IMG/VR virus record: IMGVR_UViG_3300037336_000053
Location: 1-64,000 of that record
Length of the DNA: 64,000 nt
From: a virus
Direction: 5' to 3' (one strand)
This document shows positions 19,162 through 28,523 of this stretch, piece after piece (position 1 is the first letter of the stretch; the number at the start of each line of letters is the position of its first letter). Position numbers and translations under genes: made by a program. Below the pieces are notes generated by a model that saw nothing but the letters and a program-made list of their open reading frames with translations, was not told the DNA's origin and made no database searches.

Positions 19162-20524
19162 CTATAGTTTAGACTCGTTTTGTCCAGAGGCATGGAGCCA
19201 AATTGAAATAGATGCTGAGGGAGATTTTAAGATATGCTGTTTAGCTAACTTTGATAAAGACTTTGGTATGGCCGTTGACGACGATGGCCAAGTAATGAAT
19301 GTTATGACTCACACTATCGTTGAAGCAATGAACAGTGCAACACACAAACAGCATAGATATGAAATGAGCCAAAATCAAAAACCAAAAAGATGTCGTAGTT
19401 GTTTTGATAGCGAGGAAGCAACTAAAGGTGTAAGTGAATTTAAAGAACGCAGTCGGACAGGATTAAGTAAGCGGCAACGTGTAATACAAAATACATCTCG
19501 TACAGTACCAGAATATGTAAAATATGATCAAGCACATTCTGTTACATTAGAAGATGGAACCTTAATTAATCCTAAGATTGTCAATCTTGATATCCGTTTT
19601 GGAAATCTCTGTAATCAAAAATGCATTATGTGTAGTCCGCAACACAGTAATTTATGGTATGATGACTGGGTAGCTATAGGATACGGGGCTCCTCAATATA
19701 ATCGAAAACGTGGCGTATACAAAAAAGGCGAAGTAAAAACTTTTGAATTTTTTAAAGATGAATACGGCCGAAACAAGATGTCTGGTATGGAGCCATGGTG
19801 GGAAACTGATCGCTGGTGGAACATGTTTGAAGAAATAGCACCTAGTTTAAGGTACATTTATTTTACAGGTGGAGAACCGTTGATCGTTCCCAGTATGCAA
19901 AAATGTCTAGATATTCTCATTGATAAGGGATTTGCTAAACACATACAATTGCGATTTGACACTAATCTTAGTGTAATTAATCAAAAAGTAATTAATAAAT
20001 TTAAACACTTTAAAGATGTTTTCTTGTGTGTCAGTATAGATGATACTGGAGACCGATACAATACTATTAGATTTCCTGGAAACTTTGAACGAATTTTACA
20101 AAATATATATACACTAAAAGAAAATAACATTAATATACATTATATTAGCACCTGTGTAGGTATAGCTAGCCCATATAGTATAATACGTATGGCAGAACTT
20201 GCAGAAGAACTTAAAGTTGACACATATTTTAGATTCTTAGAAGGACCTAATTGGTTAGATATTAGAAACTATCCAGCAAATGCAAAATTAGAAATAATTG
20301 AAAATCTTAATAAGCATATGGGCTGTAGTCAAACGTATAACAAATGGGCTAAAGCTGAAATTAAACTATTAGAAAAGTATATGGACCATGGCGAAGAAAA
20401 ACATCTAAAAGAATTTATTAGGGTAATGGACTTGTTAGATAGCCAACGTAACACTGACTGGAAAACAGCTTTACCTGATGTTGCAGAGCTTTTTCAAAAA
20501 CATACCAATTTATTAATTAATTGA
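19151..20524 (+). CDS. Radical SAM protein with N-terminal twitch domain
   Basis: FCPEAW..ICC, CRSC, CNQKCIMC, FTGGEP. Confidence 0.9.
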   Translation: MACNYSLDSFCPEAWSQIEIDAEGDFKICCLANFDKDFGMAVDDDGQVMNVMTHTIVEAMNSATHKQHRYEMSQNQKPKRCRSCFDSEEATKGVSEFKERSRTGLSKRQRVIQNTSRTVPEYVKYDQAHSVTLEDGTLINPKIVNLDIRFGNLCNQKCIMCSPQHSNLWYDDWVAIGYGAPQYNRKRGVYKKGEVKTFEFFKDEYGRNKMSGMEPWWETDRWWNMFEEIAPSLRYIYFTGGEPLIVPSMQKCLDILIDKGFAKHIQLRFDTNLSVINQKVINKFKHFKDVFLCVSIDDTGDRYNTIRFPGNFERILQNIYTLKENNINIHYISTCVGIASPYSIIRMAELAEELKVDTYFRFLEGPNWLDIRNYPANAKLEIIENLNKHMGCSQTYNKWAKAEIKLLEKYMDHGEEKHLKEFIRVMDLLDSQRNTDWKTALPDVAELFQKHTNLLIN

Positions 20525-20813
20525 TGGTGTCCTTATTTAAGAGTACAATTTCCCAACCTGTATTATGTTCTATTTCTAATGCTAACTCTTTTGCCCATTC
20601 TGGCTGAGCAACTATAGCAGTTATATCTACTGCCCATTTGCTTTCTAATGTCATTACTAGTTTACTAGAATCTGAAAATGTCATTTCTCTAAATTGTGTA
20701 CACATCTCGGTATCGATGTAATTTTCTTTCACCCATGCAGTAAACGCAGCAGTAGGAGTATACCATTCTGCTTCGGTATGTGGTCTCATAAAAGTTCTTG
20801 TATATTTTCTCAT
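20517..20813 (-). CDS. Small hypothetical protein (98 aa)
   Basis: AGGAG SD and TAAATA upstream on the minus strand. Confidence 0.7.
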   Translation of the reverse strand: MRKYTRTFMRPHTEAEWYTPTAAFTAWVKENYIDTEMCTQFREMTFSDSSKLVMTLESKWAVDITAIVAQPEWAKELALEIEHNTGWEIVLLNKDTIN

Positions 20814-20831
20814 TTGTTTGTCTCCTACATT

Positions 20832-20847
20832 TATTTATCACTAAATA
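20832..20847. promoter_or_regulatory. Back-to-back late-type TAAATA promoters
   Basis: TAAATA on minus (20832-20837) and on plus (20842-20847), between divergent genes. Confidence 0.5.
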
Positions 20848-20852
20848 TCTTT

Positions 20853-22043
20853 ATGATAGATCACAAAGAACTAGGTTACTATACGTGTAACGGTAAAGTA
20901 TTTTCAAGTAAAATACATGCATGTATCCATGCAACACAAACAAAGCAACCATTAACTTGGCACTTCAACGATGAAGTGTTTGACAAGTATCCGTGGCATA
21001 TTGAACCTGAAGAAAGCATTGATGAATTATATTTTTGTCGTGCTAAACAGTTGCGTGAAAAATACGATTATATATGTTTGGCATTTAGTGGCGGCGGCGA
21101 TAGTAATAATATTTTAGAAGCGTTTCTACGTCAAGGACTTTTTATTGATGAAGTAGTTACTAATGTAATGGATGATAAAAATAAATTAACCATTGCTAAT
21201 ACTGCGATTGCATCTAATTGGAATGAAGGTGCAGAATATAAACTTCAAACTGAAGGACGCTTAAAAGAGCTAAAGAAGCGATCTCCTAATACTATTATTA
21301 GTGTAATAGATCTAAGCCAAGGGTTATTTGATTTATTTAATAGCTACGGTGATGCCGGCTGGATTGAAAAAACTAGAGAGCGTATGAACCCCAGTGGGTT
21401 TATGCGTCATAACTTTTTACATATGAAAGAAATTCGTAAAAGGTTTGACAAGGATAAAAAAATATGTATGTTATTGGGCATTGAAAAACCGAGAACATAT
21501 ATTAAAGGAAATACATTTAGAATGTGCTTTAGTGACAAAGCATGTAACATTGCAACAGTATCAGAATTTACAGGCGATTACACTAACACTGCAATTGAAT
21601 ATTTTTATTGGCACCCAGATGCAGCACCTATTATTGCAAAACAATGTCATATTATCAAGCGTTGGTTAGAATATAATCCGAAATATTTAAATCTATGGAA
21701 GCCCAAAGATGTTAGCGAAATATGGAGCAACCATAGAAAGTATCACGAACGCATACTAAGGCCACTATTATACAATTCAACGTGGCACGATAATTACTGG
21801 CAATCTGATAAAAGTACTAAAGATTGGTACAGTGAAATTGATGATTGGTTTTGGACTCAGCATAAAGATAGTAATGCACATGCTATTTGGAGAGCAGGAT
21901 TAGACTATGTTAAAACTAATGCAAGCGATTGGATGATGGCCGGAGACAACGAAGGCCTTAAAGGATTCCTTAAAGCCTACAATATAGGTGAAATGAAAAT
22001 GGTCATGACTAATAAGGAGATTGTATATGCCACAACCATGTAA
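20853..22043 (+). CDS. PP-loop family protein (asparagine-synthase-like), paralogue of 16999-18183
   Basis: AFSGGGDSN. Start at ATG 20853 (MIDHKELGYY) matches the paralogue's MINKKLGYY. The track start at 20694 runs antisense to a real gene. Confidence 0.7.
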   Translation: MIDHKELGYYTCNGKVFSSKIHACIHATQTKQPLTWHFNDEVFDKYPWHIEPEESIDELYFCRAKQLREKYDYICLAFSGGGDSNNILEAFLRQGLFIDEVVTNVMDDKNKLTIANTAIASNWNEGAEYKLQTEGRLKELKKRSPNTIISVIDLSQGLFDLFNSYGDAGWIEKTRERMNPSGFMRHNFLHMKEIRKRFDKDKKICMLLGIEKPRTYIKGNTFRMCFSDKACNIATVSEFTGDYTNTAIEYFYWHPDAAPIIAKQCHIIKRWLEYNPKYLNLWKPKDVSEIWSNHRKYHERILRPLLYNSTWHDNYWQSDKSTKDWYSEIDDWFWTQHKDSNAHAIWRAGLDYVKTNASDWMMAGDNEGLKGFLKAYNIGEMKMVMTNKEIVYATTM

Positions 22044-22968
22044 AGTTACAGAAGATGTAGCTGTATTTAAAATATATTGGACACTTACTGACTTCTGCAA
22101 TCATCATTGTTACTATTGTCCATCCCAGCTTAATAGCGGAGATTATGCAACTGGTAGGAAATTAGGATTTCCTACAGATCAAGAAATTGAAAAATTCTTA
22201 GATAATTTACCTACACTAATAGGCAACAGAAAATTTCAATTAGCAATAGGCGGCGGTGAGCCAACACTTCATCCTATGTTACCTGCTATTATAAAAAAAG
22301 TAAAAGAAATAACACCCAATGCTAATATTTCTATAGTAACAAATGGTACAAGAAATTCTAATTTTTGGAAAACTATATTACCTTTAAATTCTATTACGAT
22401 GTCATTGCACCCTGAATATATTGAATTAAAAGACAGAATGTTAGAAAATGCAAAAATTATTAAAGAGTCGGGTACACTTATAGTATTTAATTTATCATTA
22501 GATCCTACTAGATGGGATATAGTAAAAGATCTGTATGAAACATTTTCAGAAAAATTTCCAGGAGTAGTATTGCCTAAAGTTTTAAATTATCTAGGTACTC
22601 CTACAAGAGGAAACTATGAATATTCAAAAGAACAATGGGAAGATATTAAAAAATGGACAGCTGAAAATTGGCAACCTCGTTCTAATACGATTACAACAAA
22701 ACTTCACTTTGATGATAATACTGCACAGCTATTTAATTTAGCTAAATGGACAATAAATGGGTGGAACAAATATAAAGGCTGGGAATGCGATTCTGGATAT
22801 AACGGAGTAAACATTAGACCCAACGGTAAGGTTATTAATTCTTTATGTAATGTAGAAACGTTAGGTAGAATAGATTCTTTTAAATTAAAAGATAAACCTT
22901 TAATTTGTCCATATGAATACTGTGCTTGTCCGATAGATTTGTTTATGACTAAACGTAAATTAGTTTAA
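22027..22968 (+). CDS. Radical SAM protein
   Basis: DFCNHHCYYC, GGGEPTLHP, VTNG, C-terminal C..G...CPYEYCACP cluster. Confidence 0.9.
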   Translation: MPQPCKVTEDVAVFKIYWTLTDFCNHHCYYCPSQLNSGDYATGRKLGFPTDQEIEKFLDNLPTLIGNRKFQLAIGGGEPTLHPMLPAIIKKVKEITPNANISIVTNGTRNSNFWKTILPLNSITMSLHPEYIELKDRMLENAKIIKESGTLIVFNLSLDPTRWDIVKDLYETFSEKFPGVVLPKVLNYLGTPTRGNYEYSKEQWEDIKKWTAENWQPRSNTITTKLHFDDNTAQLFNLAKWTINGWNKYKGWECDSGYNGVNIRPNGKVINSLCNVETLGRIDSFKLKDKPLICPYEYCACPIDLFMTKRKLV

Positions 22969-24465
22969 ATCTACCCATATACTACCTGTGTAGCCCTGAA
23001 ACTTAGTTAGTGTTGTGTTGAATATCATCATACCGGCTTCTGGAGCAGTTACAACAGCATCACGAGCAGTATTATCTGCATATACAGCAAGTTTAACAGC
23101 ACCGTTAAATTCAGTGTGACTGTCTGCACGGAATGATGCATTAGTGCTTGATCCGCCTGCTTGAGTAGTTGTCTTAACATCAATACTGGTTGGCATAATA
23201 CCAGTACTTACTGTACCGTCAACTCGTGCAGTAATATATGCACTGTCTACATAGCTTGTTCCGTCATGTGCACCAAATGATAATCTATGTATTGCATCAC
23301 CGTCGACGACTGTTAGCGGAGTGTCATATGTTCCACGTGATCTACGCATTAGTAGTCTTGGCCCATCACTAGTTATATTACTATTACCTAGCGAATAGAA
23401 TGGAATACCGGTAGGAGCAGTAGTTCTACCATTGTGTATGCCGTTAGTTACAAAAGTTCCTGCGTAATCAATATGTGCTCTAACAATAGGAGTTCCTGCA
23501 TTACTTGATGTAATAAATTCTAAACGACCAGGAGCAACACTAGCACCGGGTGTACCGTCTGGATCAATTCTACCTACTATTTGTGCAGCACCTGCGGCTG
23601 CTGATAAATCATACCAGCTAATAGCACCAACAGTATCCCCTGCTAATAAGTTTGAAGGAGAAGCTTGCGTTCCTCTACTTCTTGATATTGAAAAGTAATG
23701 TCCGTCGGTACCATCATAGTATCCGAATGCTCTTAACGGTGTTTCGAGTCCAGTTGTTGCTTCACCAACAACTAAGTTTGACTGAACAGAAGTAAGGGCC
23801 GATAAAGATCCTGTAATATTTTCACCTGGAATAGTTCCGTTTGTTCCGTTGACTAACAATGTACTATTGTCAGAAAATATCGAACCTGTTAAATCACCAT
23901 CTACGTTTCCAGTTAAGTTACCTGTTACGTTTATAGTAGCAGTTCCAGCAAGTTGTGCAGCAGCAATAACCCCAGTTGATGCATCAAATACTACAGTACT
24001 ATCGTCTGCAATAAGATCGCCTTGAATTCTTCCAACAGTAAGTTGGTTTTCTACATTAAGTTGACTAATCCATGCTTCGTTAAACTGTTTAGTAGGCGAT
24101 CCTAAATTCCAAGTAATGTCAGTATCAGGAACAAGATGTCCTTGTATTGCTCCACCAAACACAACAATATCACTACCAATACCGTCACCTAGGTTAATAT
24201 TTCCTGTAGCAGTAATTGTACCTGTAATGTTAATATTACCAGTACCTGTAATGTTATGACTGTTTAGATCTAAGTCACCACCTAGTTGCGGAGTAGTATC
24301 AGCTAATACAGAATCAATTGTTCCTGAAATGCTAGTAATACCTCCAGCAGTAGAACCGTCACCTACGTATAGCTGTTTTGTGTCTGTTGTATATACTAAT
24401 TCACCTGCTAAGGGGGTGATTCCTAATCTTTCTGTATTAGTACCGCGTCTTACTTGTAAGGCCAT
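22960..24465 (-). CDS. Tail fibre / virion structural protein
   Basis: N-terminal ALQVRRGT..GELVYTTDTKQLYVGDG (Mtd/hyaluronidase-type N-domain), PQLGGDLDLN, G/T-rich repeats, two SRG..P....GD domains; AGGAG SD and TAAATA at 24496-24501. Confidence 0.8.
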   Translation of the reverse strand: MALQVRRGTNTERLGITPLAGELVYTTDTKQLYVGDGSTAGGITSISGTIDSVLADTTPQLGGDLDLNSHNITGTGNINITGTITATGNINLGDGIGSDIVVFGGAIQGHLVPDTDITWNLGSPTKQFNEAWISQLNVENQLTVGRIQGDLIADDSTVVFDASTGVIAAAQLAGTATINVTGNLTGNVDGDLTGSIFSDNSTLLVNGTNGTIPGENITGSLSALTSVQSNLVVGEATTGLETPLRAFGYYDGTDGHYFSISRSRGTQASPSNLLAGDTVGAISWYDLSAAAGAAQIVGRIDPDGTPGASVAPGRLEFITSSNAGTPIVRAHIDYAGTFVTNGIHNGRTTAPTGIPFYSLGNSNITSDGPRLLMRRSRGTYDTPLTVVDGDAIHRLSFGAHDGTSYVDSAYITARVDGTVSTGIMPTSIDVKTTTQAGGSSTNASFRADSHTEFNGAVKLAVYADNTARDAVVTAPEAGMMIFNTTLTKFQGYTGSIWVDLN

Positions 24466-24518
24466 CTATTAACTCCTGGATAATATTGTTACTAGTATTT
24501 ATGCCTTTGACTGAAAGA

Positions 24519-24830
24519 TTACTTACGCTTCTTCATAAATAATGCTGTACGCTTTTTAATATCGTACTTAACTTTCTCAGTATCTAGTCTAAAATCAATA
24601 CTATCGATAACATCTTCGTATTGCTCGAATAGTTCTTCTAGAGCCAATTCGATGTCTACGTTCTTTTTTTCGCGAGATCTTTTAACATCAATTTCCCAGA
24701 TCTTTCCATCTTTAAACTTGACATTAATGCTGTGCAAATATTCAATTGGTACAACATCAACATTAATTTCGCTAAAAACCTCAGGCCATGTATCAACAAC
24801 ACCTGGTGGAAGTTTCTTACCCTTAGGCAC
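24519..24830 (-). CDS. Hypothetical protein
   Basis: Probable GTG start at 24830 overlapping the upstream stop; WPEVFSEI, FKDGKIWE. Confidence 0.6.
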   Translation of the reverse strand: MPKGKKLPPGVVDTWPEVFSEINVDVVPIEYLHSINVKFKDGKIWEIDVKRSREKKNVDIELALEELFEQYEDVIDSIDFRLDTEKVKYDIKKRTALFMKKRK

Positions 24831-25452
24831 TCTCGGCAGTTTTCTTAGTTGTTTTTTTGGTAGGAGCAAGTTCTTCTGCTTCGCTGCGTAACCGCTGTGC
24901 CTCTTTAAACATTGCATCAGCTTGCGAGCGTAGTTGTTTAGCTAAACTTTCGTCATCCAAAATACCATCATTAGTTGTAACCGCTTCGTCCATTGCTGCC
25001 ATACTTGGTGTAACATACGCATCAGCTGCATTAGCTACACCCGTATTTGCTACTTGTGGTTTAGCACCACCTAGTGCAAGATCTGCAACAGTTACACCTT
25101 TTTGTTGGGCAATAATGTTATTAAGTTCTGCTAAGTTAATAGATGCATTGTTATTAGGGGTCATTTCTACCAAGTTAGTAGCAACTTTTTGCATTCTACC
25201 TGTGGTGTGGAAACGGGCAAGCATATTACTACCATCGGACAATTGTGATCTTGCCATTGCTTCGCCAAGTTCGTATGCATCTTGTGCAGTAGCTGAATTA
25301 ATTAAATTAATAAGCGAGTCATGATCAGCTGCGTCTAAACTTTCAGTCAATACTATGACACAGTTTTCTGGTTCACCGGGTACTACTCGATATACTACGC
25401 CGCATTTTTTTCTAGTTTTAGCAATACGACCTACGTGTTTTGTATCAGCCAT
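24823..25452 (-). CDS. Hypothetical phage protein (209 aa)
   Basis: Long ORF with AGGAG SD, coupled in the operon. Confidence 0.75.
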   Translation of the reverse strand: MADTKHVGRIAKTRKKCGVVYRVVPGEPENCVIVLTESLDAADHDSLINLINSATAQDAYELGEAMARSQLSDGSNMLARFHTTGRMQKVATNLVEMTPNNNASINLAELNNIIAQQKGVTVADLALGGAKPQVANTGVANAADAYVTPSMAAMDEAVTTNDGILDDESLAKQLRSQADAMFKEAQRLRSEAEELAPTKKTTKKTAESA

Positions 25453-25454
25453 TG

Positions 25455-25658
25455 TTATTCTCCTTTAGGTGCTTCTTGTTGTGCCGCAACTGCTGCCAAG
25501 AATGATTCTAGTTTATTGTAAATGGTGCCAACTGCTACCATTTCGCTTGTCTTAAATGCACCGCGCTGACTTGCTACGTCAATAACTTGTTTAATTGTAG
25601 TTAAGTCATTAACTGTTAGCTCTGGGGTAGCTGCTGCTTCTTTAACTTCTTCGGACAT
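25455..25658 (-). CDS. Small hypothetical protein
   Basis: AGGAG SD; ELTVNDL..IIDVASQRGAFK..EM pattern. Confidence 0.7.
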   Translation of the reverse strand: MSEEVKEAAATPELTVNDLTTIKQVIDVASQRGAFKTSEMVAVGTIYNKLESFLAAVAAQQEAPKGE

Positions 25659-25691
25659 AATTTTTCTCCTGTTATGTAATCTATATTATAT

Positions 25692-25970
25692 TTAATTGTA
25701 TTTCAAATACGGACACGCCAAAGTGAAATAAGAAATTTCTTTAGCTTCCTCAAATCCAACTTTAGTCATGTTCTCAATACTGTTGCTACTAGATACTGCA
25801 ACAGCCTTGCCTACATAAAATCTACCTTTAAGATGTTGTTCTATCCATTTAACTAGACTTTGGTCTAAGTTGTATCTTGTAGGCAAAAGAATGTATTCAA
25901 AATGCGGAGCAGGTAAATTTGCTCTCCGTATTTCAAAAAAGTTTAATGCATTGGCTTCTTTTAGTTTCAA
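25692..25970 (-). CDS. Hypothetical protein
   Basis: TTG start overlapping the upstream stop; fills the gap in the operon. Confidence 0.6.
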   Translation of the reverse strand: MKLKEANALNFFEIRRANLPAPHFEYILLPTRYNLDQSLVKWIEQHLKGRFYVGKAVAVSSSNSIENMTKVGFEEAKEISYFTLACPYLKYN

Positions 25971-27256
25971 GCCGTTTCCTCGTAATGTGCTGTTAGTCCA
26001 AACGGTGCCTGCAAGTTCTTATCACTATGACTATGGATAATAAAGATAGTATCGCAATACGATTCATCACCCCAGCTATTCCAAGGATATCCATCTGTAA
26101 ACATAATGAACTTCTTAGGTTGAATATCATTATATTTCATGTACTCCCAGTTAGCATCAAAATCAGTACCGCCGCCGCCAATAATTTCGTAGGATGACAA
26201 ATCATCGCCGCCGTCTGCACTAAAGTCTTGCTCGTTATAGACCTTAGTATCAAAGCACCACAATTTAATGTTGTAGTCTTTGTATTCGTCCATAATGCCT
26301 TTAATTTCGCTTAGGAAGTCCTTTGCTTGATCGTTACCGATTGAGCCACTCATATCAAGTGCAATACAAATATCAATAGTTTCATCAAAGTTCATTCCTG
26401 GCAAAATGGCACCAGTCATTTGTCCTTTACGGCTTGGCCGGCTAAAGGTGTAATCGTTGCGTATAGTACTTTGGATTTGTTGACGCAGTATTTCGCGCCA
26501 GTTCATCTTAGGCTCAGTAAGCTCTTTGATCATACGCTGTACTTCGCCTGGTGTATTACCTGCACCTGATGATTGAGCCGCCGAAATCATGTTTTCTTTG
26601 ATCTCGTCTTTGATCTTTTTCAGTTCTTCTTTAGAATATGTAGGACGGCTTTTGCTTTCTTTACCGTCGGCTCCGCTACCGCCAGGCTTGCCGTCTTTGC
26701 CGTCTTCACCTTCCCAGTCGATATGCTCGTCTAGTAGTTCGCCAAGTTGTTTAAGAAACTCTTCACCTTTATTCTTAGCGTCTTCAAAGATGTCGTCATA
26801 TACGTCTTCTGAAGACCATTTGTCGTATTTAAAGTCTTGGTAGCAGTCAATAAATGTTGGCTTAGTACCAATACGATCTCGCACAAGCAAATTATTTACA
26901 ATATAGTCTGCGGCAATATTATAAATTTTTGGAATACGGTCTTGTCTACGAGTTAAGTGGTCAAAGACGCAGTGTAGAATCTCGTGTGCAATAACAAACT
27001 CAATTTCTTTGTTTGACATTGCATTAAAGAATTGAGTATTAAAATACAAGTTACGTCCGTCTACGGCAGCAGTACCTAACCAATCATCTGCACTTTTGAT
27101 CTGCAAACGAGTTGCCATATTACCAAAAAATGGATGACGTAACAGCAATCCAACACGAGCTACAATGATACGATCAAGTACATCAACTCGCATCAATCTA
27201 AGTTGTTCTTCAGTAAGCTCTTTAGGTTGCCAATTTTTCTTGCCTGTGACGCTCAT
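25967..27256 (-). CDS. VWA-domain / DUF2201-type putative metallopeptidase
   Basis: AHEILH (HExxH), NIAADY, DMSGSI (MIDAS DxSxS), GGGTDF, FTDG. Confidence 0.85.
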   Translation of the reverse strand: MSVTGKKNWQPKELTEEQLRLMRVDVLDRIIVARVGLLLRHPFFGNMATRLQIKSADDWLGTAAVDGRNLYFNTQFFNAMSNKEIEFVIAHEILHCVFDHLTRRQDRIPKIYNIAADYIVNNLLVRDRIGTKPTFIDCYQDFKYDKWSSEDVYDDIFEDAKNKGEEFLKQLGELLDEHIDWEGEDGKDGKPGGSGADGKESKSRPTYSKEELKKIKDEIKENMISAAQSSGAGNTPGEVQRMIKELTEPKMNWREILRQQIQSTIRNDYTFSRPSRKGQMTGAILPGMNFDETIDICIALDMSGSIGNDQAKDFLSEIKGIMDEYKDYNIKLWCFDTKVYNEQDFSADGGDDLSSYEIIGGGGTDFDANWEYMKYNDIQPKKFIMFTDGYPWNSWGDESYCDTIFIIHSHSDKNLQAPFGLTAHYEETA

Positions 27257-27286
27257 TTTGCATTCCTTTTTAACTGTTATGTATGT

Positions 27287-27315
27287 ATTATATATTACTT
27301 TACAGGAAAAGTCAA
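27287..27315 (-). promoter_or_regulatory. Sigma70-type promoter
   Basis: TTGACT-17 nt-TATAAT on the minus strand. Confidence 0.7.
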
Positions 27316-27318
27316 GTG

Positions 27319-27346
27319 AAAATGGACGTTTTTATTGAGAACGCCC
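27319..27346 (-). terminator. Probable intrinsic terminator after the AAA ATPase gene
   Basis: GGGCGTT-loop-AACGTCC followed by ATTTT on the minus strand. Confidence 0.45.
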
Positions 27347-27360
27347 AAACTCTTTTATGG

Positions 27361-28446
27361 TTACGCTTGTTGAGCGGCAGTAATATACTTACCATAACGT
27401 GTATGAAACTCGTCAAAGCACTCAGTTTCATCTGGGTCAATAGGCAAAGCATACTGTGTAAGAGCAAGTTTAATACCCATAACAACTAGCTCAGTCTCAA
27501 AGTTATCCATTGCAAAGCGCAGGAAGTTATTTACTTTGGCATCAAACTTTTTATCGTTCTTGTCGCATGCTTCTTTAAGCTCATAGCACAAAGACACAGT
27601 TAAAGAGTACATAGCACTAATTTCTTTTGACTTCATCTCTTTAACTTTGCCCTCTAAAATATCAGTAGGATTAGGCATTGTTGCCGACACTCGACGATGT
27701 GCCATAAATTTTACAGCAAGACCTTCGCCTACTGCGCCACTAACTAAATCAGTAGTAGTGGTGTCATCGTCATCATCTTCAAGCAATTCACTAACAAACG
27801 TCCATGAACGAGGAGTAGCAAACGAACGACTTGGGCTCTTAGGATCAAAGTCGTACAAGTCTTTCTTTGCAAACGTCAAGTAACCTACAACATCGCGGTG
27901 TACTTTGTTATCAACTGCCCACTGGAACCAGTCATCAAATGATACTGCAAGTTCTAAGTGTACAAAGCGGTTAGCCAACGGAGCAGGCATACGGTACGTA
28001 ACGCCCTTATCAGCTTCACGGTTACCAGCGGCAATAATAAGAACATTATCTGGTAATGTATACTGTCCAACTTTGCGATTCAAAATCAACTGATATGCTG
28101 CCGCTTGTACACTAGGAGCCGCTGAGTTCATTTCGTCTAGGAAAAGAATAATGAATTTATATTTAGATGCCATTTCAGCATCTGGCAACTCGCTAGGAGC
28201 ACCCCAAACCATTTTGTGCTGATTTGGATCAAAGTACGGAATACCTTTGATGTCTGTAGGTTCCCAAAGGCTCAAACGAATATCAATAACTTTGGCTTCC
28301 ATTTGTTCACCAATCTGATGAACAATATCTGATTTACCAATACCTGGAGGACCCCAAAGGAACAACGGACGCTTTTTCTTAAAAGCACGTACAATGCTTT
28401 TCTTTGCGCTGTTAGGAGTAACGGTACGAAGTGTGGAGATTTCCAT
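27361..28446 (-). CDS. MoxR-like AAA+ ATPase
   Basis: GPPGIGKS (Walker A), LFLDEMN (Walker B), AAGNR, PLANRF. Confidence 0.9.
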   Translation of the reverse strand: MEISTLRTVTPNSAKKSIVRAFKKKRPLFLWGPPGIGKSDIVHQIGEQMEAKVIDIRLSLWEPTDIKGIPYFDPNQHKMVWGAPSELPDAEMASKYKFIILFLDEMNSAAPSVQAAAYQLILNRKVGQYTLPDNVLIIAAGNREADKGVTYRMPAPLANRFVHLELAVSFDDWFQWAVDNKVHRDVVGYLTFAKKDLYDFDPKSPSRSFATPRSWTFVSELLEDDDDDTTTTDLVSGAVGEGLAVKFMAHRRVSATMPNPTDILEGKVKEMKSKEISAMYSLTVSLCYELKEACDKNDKKFDAKVNNFLRFAMDNFETELVVMGIKLALTQYALPIDPDETECFDEFHTRYGKYITAAQQA

Positions 28447-28494
28447 TTTGTGTTCCTTAAAGGGTTATAAGTGCTTGTGTCTAACTATGTATAT

Positions 28495-28523
28495 ATAATA
28501 ACACTGATAACAGCAAAGGTCAA
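28495..28523 (-). promoter_or_regulatory. Sigma70-type promoter
   Basis: TTGACC-17 nt-TATTAT on the minus strand. Confidence 0.6.

Noticed and set aside
20694-20852. N-terminal extension of the PP-loop ORF given in the track
   Set aside because: Antisense to a real gene. The paralogue and the TAAATA position support a start at 20853.
14689-22043. PP-loop proteins as QueC for the deazaguanine pathway
   Set aside because: They lack the C-terminal Zn-binding Cys cluster of QueC, are too long, and lie far from the dpd cluster under late-type promoters.
22960-24465. Diversity-generating retroelement, suggested by the Mtd-like N-terminus of the fibre
   Set aside because: No reverse transcriptase, and no TR/VR repeat pair differing at adenines, in the window.
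24857-25324. Plus-strand ORFs opposite the minus-strand operons (also 26589, 33507, 46652, 50322, 54715 and others)
   Set aside because: Antisense shadows of real genes (Ser/Leu-rich, no SD, no motifs).
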